Origin: Octopus sinensis
Taxonomy: Eukaryota
Direction of reading: 5' to 3'
Length of the DNA: 64,000 bases
NCBI RefSeq assembly: GCF_006345805.1
Contig: NC_043014.1
Location: forward strand, 43,710,001 to 43,774,000
The notes under the pieces were generated by a model. It was not told the origin of the DNA and ran no database searches. It worked only from the letters and a program-made list of their open reading frames with translations. This document shows positions 37,721 to 50,056 of the stretch, piece by piece (within the stretch, counting starts at the first letter, position 1; each line of letters begins with the position of its first letter). Made by a program: the position numbers and the translations under genes.

Positions 37721-38426
37721 ATGTTATCTTTGATCCCTTGGTGTGGCATTTTTTTTTAATCATAATATTTTCACTTACAGTGGAAACATGATTTTAAAGC
37801 TATATGCAGTCTAGCAAGTACTGTATGTTTAAAATACCTTATAGTTTGGTTTTTCTTGCTGTTGCATGTGTGTATGCACACATGCATGCACATGTGTACA
37901 TGTACATGCACATCCTATGTTATTGATGCTATAGAATAGAATATCTTGCAAAATAATTAAGGTAGCCATCTATGTATCATACTTAAACGTATACACAGGG
38001 TTGATGGGCCACTTACTGCTGTATTTGTTCTGATATAACATCCCTTATGGATATGCTGAGTTAAAAACAATAATGTCAGAGGAAATAAAAGTTCATCACA
38101 GCAGCATCCTGCAAGAATAGCAGATGCATTGTGGCCATTTAGAAATGACATGAACTCACAGCCAGCCTCATACTCAGATGAAAATCCACTGTGTCTAATA
38201 TAAGAAAATGTGAATATAACATTCACTGATGCTGCAAAGAGCTTCCTGGCTGAAAAAAAATCTGGTGTATGCAACTGAGGTAGCATTTCATTAAGTACTA
38301 AGATATTTTTGTACGAAGTTATGGGTGTCACAAGGTAGAAATATCGACACCATCTTACCATCCACCTGTTCTTTCTCTTTTTCTCTCCTCTCTCATACAC
38401 ATTTTTAATTTACTGGTTTCACTTAT

Positions 38427-39386
38427 TCAGAATCGTTAGCACGCCGGGCGAAATGCTTTGCAGTATTTCATCTGCCACTACGTTCTGAGTTCAAATTCCG
38501 CCGAGGTCAACTTTGCCTTTCATCCTTTTGGGGTCGATTAAATAAGTACCAGTTACGCACTGGGGTCGATATAATCGACTTAATCCGTTTGTCTGTCCTT
38601 ATTTGTCCTCTCTGTGTTTAGCCCCTTGTGGGTAGTAAAGAAATAGGTATTTCGTCTGCCACTACATTCTGAGTTCAAATTCTGCCGGGGTCAATTTTGC
38701 CTTTCATCCTTTCGGGGTCGATTAAATAAGTACCAGTTACGCACTGGGGTCGATATAATCGACTTAATCCATTTGTCTGTCCTTGTTTGTCCTCTCTGTG
38801 TTTAGCTCCTTGTGGGTAGTAAAAAAATAGGTATTTCGTCTGCCGCTACGTTCTGAGTTCAAATTCCGCCGAGGTCAACTTTGCCTTTCATCCTTTCAGG
38901 GTCGATTAAATAAGTACCAGTTACACACTGGGGTCGATGTAATCGACTTAATCCGTTTGTCTATCCTTGTTTGTCCTCTCTGTGTTTAGCCCCTTGTGGC
39001 TAGTAAAGAAATAGGTATTTTGTCTGCCGCTACGTTCTGAGTTCAAATTCCCCCCGAGGTCGACTTTTCCTTTAAATCTTTTGTGGTCAATTAAATAAGT
39101 ACCAGTTATGCACTGGGGTAGATATAATCGACTTAATCCATTTGTCTGTCCTTGTTTGTCCTCTCTGTGTTTAGCCCCTTGTGGGTAGTAAAGAAATAGG
39201 TATTTCGTCTGCCGCTACGTTCTGAGTTCAAATTGCGCCGAGGTCGACTTTGCCTTTCATCCTTTCGGGGTCGATTAAATAAGTACCAGTTACGCACTGG
39301 AGTCAATATAATCAACTTAATCCGTTTGTCTGTCCTTGTTTGTCCTTTCTGTGTTTAGCCCCTTGTGGGTAGTAAAGAAATAGGTA
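38427..39386 (+). mobile_element. S2 SINE pentamer, 184-bp period
   Basis: GTATTT unit starts at 38463, 38647, 38831, 39015 and 39200. Confidence 0.92.
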
Positions 39387-40304
39387 AAAAGGTTTGATCT
39401 GGATGTGACTGGTTTAGATAGACACTAACGAATTAAGTAACTCTTCTAGTTTGAAACGAGAGGAGATGGGAAGCAAAGGTATCTCTGATATTTCTTTCAC
39501 CTTGGTCACCATTTGGCTATTGTAAAAGATGCTCACTCAAAGCACTGCATCGTGGGATTGCTGCCATGTGCTTGCAAAATAAACTGCTTAACTATCCAGT
39601 TATGTTATAGCTGTATTTAAATTCACTAGTTTTCCATTACCAAAGTAATGCACTATGTAATGGGATAGTACAGAATATTATTAATAATATTATTACGGTG
39701 TTGTTGTTGTTGTTGTTGTTGCTGCTGTTGTTATTGTTATTAGGTAATGTTGACTACTTTTCCATTAACTAAGTAATGGGAAAAATAGCCACCTTAAACA
39801 ACAGTCGTCGTACTAAATATTTACTTTACTCAACTTACTGATTACTCTCTTACTTGGCCGTACCGCTACGCTACTTGTTAAGTTCTGCAGACACACACAT
39901 GGATGTGCACACGAATATATAAGCACATCTACGCATGCATAAAGACGTGTACCCACACACACACGTGTGTGTATGTCTGTGCAGAGAGTGGAGATCTCAT
40001 TCACTGTTTCATTGGGTGGATATAATGTCAGAAGAAAATGAATGAACTTAATATAAAAGCTGTTTTAGTGGTAGGTATAAATAACGGTCGGTTTTATATA
40101 CGTCACAAAAACCGAAAGCATATTAAAAACCTTTCTCTCATTAATAACAAATCACAGACTTGTCAGCCTGGGAACAAAGCTCCAATGAGCAATGTTATAA
40201 CATAAAAATTTTTCTAAAAGTTATCAAACCTCATGATTTTTAATTGTTACATGGTACATAACGAGTTACAACACATTGTTCTGCAGGCCAGCTAAACATA
40301 GACA

Positions 40305-40323
40305 TAGAACTCTACCACCACCT

Positions 40324-40354
<31 letters not shown>

Positions 40355-40810
40355 CACCACCACCATAACTACTACCACCACCACCGCCATTACTACTACT
40401 ACTACCACCACCATTACAACTACTTACTACTACTACCACCACTATCACCACTACTGCTACTACTACTTCTACCACCACCACAACTACTACCACTACCACT
40501 ATTTTTACTACTGCCACTACTACTACTACTACTACTACTACTGCCACCACCACCACCATTACTACTACCACCACCACCATTACAACTACTACTTCCACTA
40601 CCACCATTACTACTACTACATCCACCATCACCACTACAGCTACCACCACCACAGCTACTAACTACCACCATTTTTACTACTGCCACTACTACTACTACCA
40701 CCACCACCACCACTACTGCTACTACTACTACTACTACTATTACTGCTACTACTACTACTGCTACTGCTACTACTAATACAACTATCACTACTACTACCAT
40801 TACTACTACT
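40305..40810. repeat. (ACT)n/(ACC)n compound microsatellite
   Basis: Read directly from the sequence. Confidence 0.95.
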
Positions 40811-41064
40811 GCACGAAACAAAAAGCAAGAGAGAAAGCCAGTCTTTGACAACCTCACTGCAGCATCTGTAGAATATGCTACAAGCGCTTAATGTCATAAT
40901 GTCATTCTCGGGAATATATTCTGGTAAATTTGATGCCAGCCGAAACATAACAGACACAGATGTGGACATTAAGAAAAGTTCAGTTAAAATTCCAAGACTA
41001 ACAAATCAGATATTTAAAATCGGGGGGAACCATCCAATAAAAGAGAAATAATGTAGCGAACCAT

Positions 41065-41535
41065 TCTGCTGCTGCTCCTGCTACTACTACTGCTGCTGCT
41101 TCTTCTTCTTCTTCTTCTTCTTCTTCTTCTTCTTCTTCTTCTTCTTCTTCTTCTTCTTCCTCCTCTTTTTCCTCTTCTTCCTCCTCCACTTCTCTTTTTC
41201 TGCTCTTCTTCTTCTTCTCCTTCTTCTTCTCCTTCTTCTCCTTCTTTCTTCTTCTTCTTCTTCTTCGTCTTCTCCTCCTCATCCTTCTTCTTCCTTCTCT
41301 TCTCTTCTTCTTCGTTCTTCTTCTTCTTTGTTCTTCTCCTCCTTCTTTCTTCTTCTTCGTTCTTCTCCCCCTCCTCCTCCTCCTTCTTCTTCCTCCTCCT
41401 CCTCCTCCTTCTTCTTTGTACTTCCTCCTCCTCTTTTTCTTCATCTTCTTCCTCCTCTTCTTCATCTTCTTATTCCTCTTCTTCTCCTTCCTCCTCTTCT
41501 TCTTCCTCCACCTCCCCTTCCTCTTCTTCTTCTGC
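41065..41535. repeat. (TTC)n/(CTC)n polypyrimidine tract
   Basis: Read directly from the sequence. Confidence 0.95.
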
Positions 41536-41985
41536 CATTAATTTCAAATGTTGCATTGTTACTCGGTGTTATTATATGCCAACTGTGCCTCGTTGTTGAG
41601 GCCACAATTAACTTAAAATGATTGATATTCCAGACTGTGGAACTGAAAACACTAAAAATATGGGAAAAACGACCATAAATCAAATAAACTAAGTCTCGTG
41701 TTTTTCATTCCATGTCTGTGTGTATGATGTGTATATAAAATGTATCTGTGTTTATGCATGCGTGCGCATGCATATGTGTGTATAGACAAGGATGCATACA
41801 CTGAAGTCTAGGATATGTATGTTTATAGGTATTTGTTAAAGACATTTGAATGCTGCTCTCTAAGCCATGTCCATTATTATTATTGTGAATGCCTGAAGGT
41901 GTTGTGATTCTACTTTCCTTTAATAAATAAATACCTGATTGGAGGTGAGATCTCTCCCTTATTTAAACCCTGGTATTGTGTTATA

Positions 41986-42484
41986 CAGGGATTCCTTGAC
42001 TTGCACGAGTAATTGGGGAGCGCGCAATTCGAAATTCGCGCTAGTCGAGTACCAGATATTGTTTTCTATAAATATTTTCCGGGATAACTGCTAAATATTG
42101 TTATATTAAAGAAACACTTGGAGAAAGTATTGAATGAACTTTCTCTCTATTTGAAACCAAAAAACTTTTATTGGTGACTGCTTTGTACGAATACGAATTA
42201 CAAAAAAATAATACAAATTGTTTAATGATTATAAACAGAAAATAGAAAAATACATAGCAAATAAATTTACTTATTCAGTTGATCAAACATTTTTTTTATA
42301 ACAAGACAAATCATGTTCCAAATGATGGATAGATAACAAGGTAACAAACAAGGCAATGCAACCATGGATAATAAATATTTTTACAACAAGCGCAAGTTGA
42401 GAATACAACTCGCGCAACCTGAACACTCAGTATCAAAAGTTGGCTGACACAAGTCGAATTTCGCGCAAGTCGGGGGAATCCCTG
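41986..42484. mobile_element. Tc1/mariner-type MITE
   Basis: TA|CAGGGATTCCTTGACTTGC...GCAAGTCGGGGGAATCCCTG|TA. Confidence 0.8.
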
Positions 42485-42749
42485 TATACTGTTGTCATAT
42501 AATGGGTGAGATCTCCGCCTTCCTGAAACTGAATATTGAGTTGTGACACACGTAACATCAGTCAATGAATAATGGGTTTGGTATTATTTCTTATTCAGTA
42601 CGACAGCTTGTTTACCAAATGTGAGCAAACTTTCTATGACCTGATTGATTCCATAACAATTCCTTTTTAATCAGAGTCCATATCTGAATTCAAACACTGG
42701 ATACTCACACTTGAGGAATTTTAAACATTTTTTTGCTAATATACTATTA

Positions 42750-43140
42750 TAGGCTGTGTGGTAAGTAGCTTGCTTATGAACTACATGGTTCTGGGTTCAG
42801 TCCCACTGCATGGCACCTTGGGCAAGTGTCTTCTGCTATAGCCTCGGGCTGACCAAAGCCTTGTGAGTGGATTTGGTAGACGGAAACTGAAAGAAGCCCG
42901 TCGTATATATGTATATATATATGTGTGTGTGTGTCTGTGTTTGTCCCCCTAACATCGCTTGACAACTGATGCTGGTGTGTTTATGTCCCCCGTAACTTAG
43001 CGGTTCGGCAAAAGAGACCGATAGAATAAGTACTAGGCTTATAAAGAATAAATCCTGGGGTCGATTTGCTCGACTAAAGGCGGTACTCCAGCATGGCCAC
43101 AGTCAAATGACTGAAACAAGTAAAAGAGTAAAAGAGAGTA
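42750..43140 (+). mobile_element. S1 SINE
   Basis: Near full length. Confidence 0.9.
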
Positions 43141-44319
43141 TACTCCATTCATTTTTATCCACCTCATACCTTGAAGATCCAACTTAATGCTTCATCATCA
43201 CTATTTTTATTGCTTTCCAGCTTCCTGAAATCTCTCCCTTCTAAAATATGAGTAAAGATGTAGCTCCACTACAGCAAGAAACCTGTTCTACTCTATTTCA
43301 TCTCTCATACTTTTAACCTTCATCTCTGAGCATAAGGCTGCTGCCTTGAGGTTCATGGTCTTGCAAGCTGCATGGTGACTCCTCTAGTGTTGGTGCATGA
43401 GAAAAGCACTCAGTACATGATGTAAAGTAGGAAAGACATCGGGTTGTAGAAACCATGCCAAAATAAACCTGGAGCATAATGCAGTCCTTGAAATTGTTTT
43501 ATCCTTCAAACCATCCAACTTACGCTGGCATGGAACATGGATATTAAATGATGATGATTCCAGATTTTGAAAGACTCCAGATTTTCCTACTTACTCCTTC
43601 TCCATATATTAGTCATGGTAACTTCCCATATATCAGTAGAGTTGTGTTTTCTTTCCTGCTCACTCAAACTTATGTCTTTGCTAGGTTTACAGTGGCAGAT
43701 GCTTAATTCCCTGTTTTGCTTCTGTGTAGGAAACTTCTTAATATCCAGCAGATACATCCCTGAGTACTTGGTCCTCACCATACAAGGGTTACCACTGACA
43801 GCTGATTTTAAAAGTTCCTCTGTCGTGGACTGGGGAGATGTAATAAACAGTAACAGCTGAGAACTAAATTCTGATATACAACTTTTATACCTGCTAAATT
43901 TTTCACTGAAGTCTGTGCTAAGTCTTTATATACAGCATATTTGTAGTAGACTTGCATGGCTCTTACAGGTCCTCCACGTCAAATGCTAGTTACAATGGTT
44001 TCTTCTTATTTAAGGACGTTTCTTCTTGTATTTTCTCACAGTATTCTGTTCTGGCAATGTTCTAAACTGTATCTCATCTAAGTTAATTCTCCTCATCGGC
44101 TGCTCTATAATTCTTTATTACTTTCACGATCACCTCTTTACAAAAGCAAACATGCACATACGAAAATGCAGTCCTTTGGGTAGAAGTTAAAACTACTGGA
44201 ATGTAATTAAAAGTTTTGTCTGTGTCTGGAAAACTATGTTGTTGTTGTTATTGTTGTTGTGGTGGTAGTCATTCTTGTTGTTGTTGACACTGTCTCACTT
44301 TGTGAGATGTCCGACATCT

Positions 44320-44544
44320 CCGGGTGAATTAGTGAAGTTTTATGGAATCAGACTTTTCCAATTGCTGACTCAATTCCAGAATCTCAATAACACTCTCGAC
44401 TCTCATTCTTTGTTCCACAACGGTGCTATTTCTCAAGAAGGAGACTCGTTAATTAAAAGCGATAGCGAGATTATTATCGCTCCTATTGATAAACTCTGTC
44501 GTTCAAAGAGAACCATCAAACCACGTGAAAGACTTAATTTGTGA
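44320..44544 (+). pseudogene. Possible relic of the C-terminus of an LTR-retrotransposon pol
   Basis: The ORF ends ..KLCRSKRTIKPRERLNL*, resembling the RRSxRxxxxPxRL motif that ends many Ty3/Gypsy pol proteins. No LTR or PPT seen. Confidence 0.3.
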
Positions 44545-44689
44545 CTTTATTATCATGTTAAATTGTATAAACATAAAATCTAATTTCAGATTGGATTATT
44601 TGTGTTATTGCTGTGGAGCTTTTGTTAATTTTACATTCTCATAGTTCATTGTAATATAATATACACATATAGGAAGTTCACATAGTTCA

Positions 44690-44703
44690 TTGATACACAT
44701 ATG

Positions 44704-44738
<35 letters not shown>

Positions 44739-44998
44739 ATATATGTATATATGTATGTATGTATATATATGTATGTAAAAATATGTATATATATATATGT
44801 GTGTGTGTGTATATATGTATATGTATGTATATATGTATATGTATGTATATATGTATATGCATGTATGTATATACATGTATGTATATGTATATGCATGTAT
44901 GTATATGTATGTATGTATATATATATATAGATATGTGTGTATGTATGTATATATATGTATGTATGTATATATATATATAGATATGTGTGTATGTATGT

Positions 44999-45034
<36 letters not shown>

Positions 45035-45332
45035 GTATGTATATATATATATATATGTGTGTGTAAGTATATATATGTATGTGTGTGTATGTATATATAT
45101 ATGTATATGTATGTATATATATATATGTGTGTATGTATGTATGTATATATATATATGTATGTGTATGTATATATATGTATATATATGTATGTATATATAT
45201 GTATGTGTATATATATATATATATATGTATGTGTATGTATATATATTTATATGTATGTGTATGTATATGTATATATATATATGTATGTATATATATACAT
45301 ATATATATACATATATATAGATAGATAGATAG
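44690..45332. repeat. (TA)n/(TATG)n microsatellite
   Basis: Read directly from the sequence. Confidence 0.95.
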
Positions 45333-45415
45333 GTAATTATAGATAGGAAATTGAATGTTGTGATTCTACTTTACTTTAATAATGTAATATATGAGAGGTG
45401 AGTTCTCTTTCTCAC

Positions 45416-45496
45416 TTAAAATCGCATATCGATTTGTCGCATCATCTGGTGGAATAAAGTCTCGGTTTATAGTTTCTATCATCATTACTTCTTGCT
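45416..45496 (-). CDS. Candidate 81-bp internal exon (phase 1-1) EQEVMMIETINRDFIPPDDATNRYAIL
   Basis: Acceptor CCTGCTTACCTACAG, donor TAA|GTGAGA, and a single open frame. No homolog recognised. Confidence 0.28.
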
Positions 45497-45730
45497 CTGT
45501 AGGTAAGCAGGTCGTTAAGTCCTTATCACGATTCCACGTTAAGCATACGAGTTGTAGATACATGTACTTATTATAGCGGGTATAGAACGGAAGAAATAAT
45601 AGGCTGCAGATGACCGATGACCACTACCACTGTATCATTCCTATACTGGGAACTGTGGAGATCAGCTTGGATGCCTGCAGCAAACTGTGATAAAGATATC
45701 GTGGTTGAGTTGCTATAACTACAAACATAG

Positions 45731-45939
45731 AAGCCGTTCGATTCATTTTTGTCAGTGAACAGGTCGCGGTCTTAAAGCGACGAAAATATTTCGACAATTT
45801 AAACTTAAATGTTGAAGTGAATCGAATGGCTTTTGTGTGTTTCTTAAATGGCTTACAAACACCTTCCACGCTGCAATTGTTTTCGTTTCAGCACACGATC
45901 TCAGATCAAATCACTTGCTATGCAAGTACATCTCCGTAT
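45731..45939 (+). mobile_element. Family B element with 15-bp inverted 5' arm
   Basis: AAGCCGTTCGATTCA (reverse complement of internal TGAATCGAAYGGCTT) abuts the hammerhead start. The body matches 33201-33394. Confidence 0.8.
45748..45798 (+). ncRNA. Second family B hammerhead (G3-C8)
   Basis: TTTGTCA-GTGAACA-G-GTCGC-GGTCTTAAA-GCGAC-GAA-AATATT-T-CGACAAT. Core and stem II are identical to 33203; stem I has a mismatch at the first pair. Confidence 0.62.
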
Positions 45940-46076
45940 AAATATAGATTCTCTTGTTATTATGGATTCAATGTCCTCTGTGTGGTCACATGTTGTTAAG
46001 AGTCTGTGATCATGCTCCTGTATGCATGTGTAGATGTGCATATTCATGTGTATATATGTATGTGTGTTGTTGTTTC

Positions 46077-46345
46077 TTCCTTCTCAAGCCACGCCTGGCT
46101 CATAGGGCCGGTTTCCTTGGCATTTAGGTTCCCCACCTGGACGGGACGCCGGTCCGTCGCAGGTGAGCTGCAAGATGCAGGAGGAAAGAGTGAGAGAAAG
46201 TTGTGGAGAAAGAGTCAGCAGAAGTTTCGCCATTACCTTCTGCCAGAGCCGCGTGGAGCTTAGGTGTTTCGCTCATAAACACACACATCGCCCGGTCTGA
46301 GATTCAAACCCACGATCCCTTGACCATGAGTCCGCTGCTCTAATC
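46077..46345 (-). mobile_element. S3 tRNA-derived SINE, full length
   Basis: Minus strand GTGGAGGCACATGACCTAGTGATTAGAGCAGCGGACTC head, then CTCACCTGCGACGGACCGGCGTCCCGTCCAGG, ending in an (AAC)n tail. Confidence 0.85.
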
Positions 46346-46701
46346 ACTAGGTCATGTGCCTCCACATGTATGTGTGTAGATGTTCTAAAGAACTGAATCG
46401 TGTTGAGTTATCTTCCTTAGCTCATTATCAACATCAGCAACACATATTCACTTTTCCATGCTTGTATGGGTCAGATGCAATTTGTTAAGGTAGATTTTCT
46501 ATGACTGGATGCCGTTTCTGTCACCAACTTGGTTCGAAGCAAGGTAATATTTCGCTGTAGCTAGGGAGTAACATTGAAGCCCTGAACTTGACAGGTGCTT
46601 ATTTTATCGACCCCTGAAAGGCAAAGTCAATCATGGTGGAATTTGAACTCAGAATGTAAGGATAAATGAAATACCTCTAAACATTTTGCCTGACATGTTA
46701 A

Positions 46702-46919
46702 CCCTTTTGTTCTCGTATTTATTTTGAGATGCTCTGTGTTTCTTTCAATTAATTTTAAATATAACAAAAAAATTTAGTAAAATAACTTAGTTATCATTAA
46801 GCTAGTGTTAGGAACATAAATTGTGACTAAGGTTTCGTGGAAGATTTTAATTCAAAACTTATGAAAATAAGACTTTTGTACTCAGAGCCAGAGTTTCTGC
46901 CGGGTTGGTAACGAAAGGG
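46702..46919. mobile_element. piggyBac MITE A inserted at a TTAA inside a minus-strand S2 SINE
   Basis: TTAA duplicated at 46698-46701 and 46920-46923. Removing the MITE restores the S2 head. Confidence 0.85.
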
Positions 46920-46945
46920 TTAATGATTCTGTTAGCTCACCAATA

Positions 46946-46988
<43 letters not shown>

Positions 46989-48660
46989 CTTTTCTCTATG
47001 TGGTCGCCATGCCTACTAAGAATAACAGTCAAAACATACTTCCCCTGAATTACATGCTACCATTTTAAAACAGAGGAGGATACATTAGATAATGTAGTGT
47101 TAAATGTTCCCAAAAGATGTGTTGATCTAAGAAGGTTTTTGATAAGTTTCTTGAGAAAGTATATATAGATGGTTAGGTGATAGTGTGCTGGAAAAACTGT
47201 CAAGTTGTCAAGGCCCATGTCAGCAAATTTGCACAATGTCCGTGATCTCTGGTTCAGTCACACTGCATGGCACATTGGGCAAATGGTTTCTACTATAGCC
47301 TCAGGCTGACCAATGCCTTGTGAGTGAATTAGGTTGGTAGATACTTTGTGAAAACTTGTGTGTGTATGTTTGTGTGTCTGTCTGTTTGTCTTACTGTTTG
47401 AAAAACTGATGTTGGTTTGTTTATATTCCTGTAACTTGGTGACCTGGCAAAAATGAGCTGATGGAACCGGTACCAGACTTTATAATAAGTAAGTATAGGA
47501 ACTGATCTGTCTGGCCAAATCTGTAAAGGCAGTGCCACAGCATGGCTGTAGTCTAGTGATTGAAACAAGTATAACAGAAAAGATTTTTTAAAAAATACTG
47601 AAAATAGATAGGTACCATGGAATAGGATCAACAATTCTATAAAATTGATACAAGTTTTATTAACTGGTTATAACTGCTAGCTGGTATCTTGGTCCGATTT
47701 GCTCTTAGTTATCAACAATTCAGGTTTAAATTTTGTATTGATTAAAGTCATATGTACCACGTGTATATAAATTCATAAAATCAAAGGCATTTGAATTATA
47801 GAGCTGTGACATTTCAAACAACCCTTTAGAAAAGAAATTTGAATGGTTTTATCCATATAATGTCTTGCTCCATAATGATAGAATTCTAGAATTCCTGTCT
47901 TACTTTGGCAAACAACCCTGTTTCAATTCATAAATTTTAATGGCTGAATTTTTTTTTTTTTTTCCAACACAGCAGACAGCCTAGTTTCTTCCGCCACTAT
48001 TTTTTTCTTTACTATATTCAGAATTGATGAGGGCTAACAGCATTGATCTTGACAGCAGTTTAAGTGATACATCAAACAGCAGTGTTTGAAATGGAGAAGA
48101 CAGATGTGTATGGATGTGCGTCTGCATATGCTTGTGCGGGATTGAGACACAATTTTTCTATCGCAAGACTTTTTTTTGTTTGTCTTTTTTTTCCTCTTTT
48201 TTCCAATCATAAAATCTATTTTTAAAAAAAAAATATACATATATTTACTCCAACTGGCATTCGCTGTTGACAAACAGTTGCTACTTTAAAGAAAGGAAGA
48301 TATTTTAACATTTGAACTAGCAGCATGTGATTTCACTCGGTAGTAATTAATAAATGTTAATGAAATTAAATAGAAATCATCCGTTGATTAGTTGAAGAGA
48401 TTGAACACCTGTTTCTGTCTAAACTGTGTTTCCAATGCCACACCAACTGGAGGAAGCAGCTTCAGTATATCTGGAAGAACATGATGTATTTTCTTGTTTT
48501 CTCTTTCTCCCATCTCAAATACTGAATAAATATTTATAGCTGCAAATATAAGTCTAATCAAAAGTTTGAGTGTGTGTGTGTCTGCATGTGTGCATGTGCA
48601 TTATTATTATTATTTTTATTATTATTATCATTATCATCATCATCATCATCATCATTATTA

Positions 48661-48694
<34 letters not shown>

Positions 48695-49077
48695 CATTAT
48701 ATTATTATTATTATTATTATTATTATTAGTATTAGTATTGTTATTATTATTCAGCTTGCTAATAAACAATTCCAGTAATATAAAGTTTTGTTTATCTCTG
48801 AAATTAACAAAACTCCCATGGGAAGATCCCCAGAGCCTTGGAACACACCACATGGCTCTTATCAAGTGTGCATGTGTATGCACACGCACACACATATGCA
48901 CATGTATATACATTACATATATATACATTACATATATATATATACATACATTCATTGTTTATATACATATTGTATATATCCTTGTATTGTGTTTAATGTG
49001 TGTGTTATATATTGTGTATATATTTATATGCATATAGTATGAAGGCAAATGTTTTAGCATGTATTATGTGTGTATGA

Positions 49078-49111
<34 letters not shown>

Positions 49112-49453
49112 ATAAACATATATAAATGTGTAATGGTGTCTGTCTGTGTGCATGTGTTTGTGGTTACTCTAACTCCTCCCATACCATCCAACCAATTTTA
49201 ACAACTCTTGGCACATAGGTAGATCACATGCCCTGAAATTCAAATAAGGCCGGAATTTTTTTCGAAAACTTCAGTTGTCAAGTGATGGTGGGCGGGGTAA
49301 CAAACACTGATACACATTCATACACCCACACACACATACCAGGCTTCTTTCAGTTTTCGTCTGCAAAGTCCACTCACAAGGGTTTCGTTGGCCTGAAGCT
49401 GTAGTAGAAGACACTTCAAGATATGTATATGTATGTATATATATGGTATATAT

Positions 49454-49497
<44 letters not shown>

Positions 49498-49588
49498 GTA
49501 GTGAGAATACATGAAAAAAACAAAAGATGAAGACAGGTGGTGTAGACAACAAACAGATGTATTAGTTAACGCTCGGGAATTGAAAAAG

Positions 49589-49624
49589 CCTTAACGTTTC
49601 GAGCCTATGCTCTTCCTTAGAAAG
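49589..49624 (-). ncRNA. Degenerate minimal hammerhead (family C, second copy)
   Basis: Minus strand CTTT-CTAAGGA-A-GAGC-ATAG-GCTC-GAA-ACGT-T-AAGG. G5>A in the core; ACGT palindrome intact. Confidence 0.55.
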
Positions 49625-49684
49625 TAACACAGAAAGAAACAAGGAGAGAAAAAAATGTGTGTAGCAGCTACTGATCTATCATGG

Positions 49685-49728
<44 letters not shown>

Positions 49729-49732
49729 AAAC

Positions 49733-49779
49733 AAAACTGTCCGACGAACGGGAACGTGAAACTCCGAGTAACAGGTTTT
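49733..49779 (+). ncRNA. Minimal hammerhead-like motif (family D)
   Basis: AAAACTGT-CCGACGA-ACG-GGAA-CGT-GAA-ACTC-C-GAGT-A-ACAGGTTTT: stem I CTGT/ACAG, core with U4>C, stem II ACG/CGT, near-palindromic stem III, GUA site. AATAAA lies downstream and the element is flanked by (TA)n. Confidence 0.55.
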
Positions 49780-49952
49780 GTTGAATTTCTGCTGCTTTTA
49801 AATAAAGCATATTACTCTACTCTGGTATTGAGTACTCTTTTTTTCCACCTTGTTTCACATTTATGTGTTTACTACTTTACTCGGTTATATATATCTATAC
49901 ACACCACACACACACACACACACCATATATATATATATATATAATATATATA

Positions 49953-49983
<31 letters not shown>

Positions 49984-50006
49984 ACATATATATATACATA
50001 TATATC

Positions 50007-50056
<50 letters not shown>

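Noticed and set aside
37957-38400. 147-aa minus-strand ORF
   Set aside because: No recognisable domain, it starts in a purine-rich low-complexity tract, and nothing supports it beyond length.
38463-38646. S2, 166-bp, 205-bp and 470-bp units as retrozymes
   Set aside because: A manual check of the units found no hammerhead core followed by a hairpin and GAAA.
40266-41621. Ser/Gly/Val- and Lys/Arg/Glu-rich ORFs
   Set aside because: Trinucleotide microsatellites with no splice context or unique coding flank.
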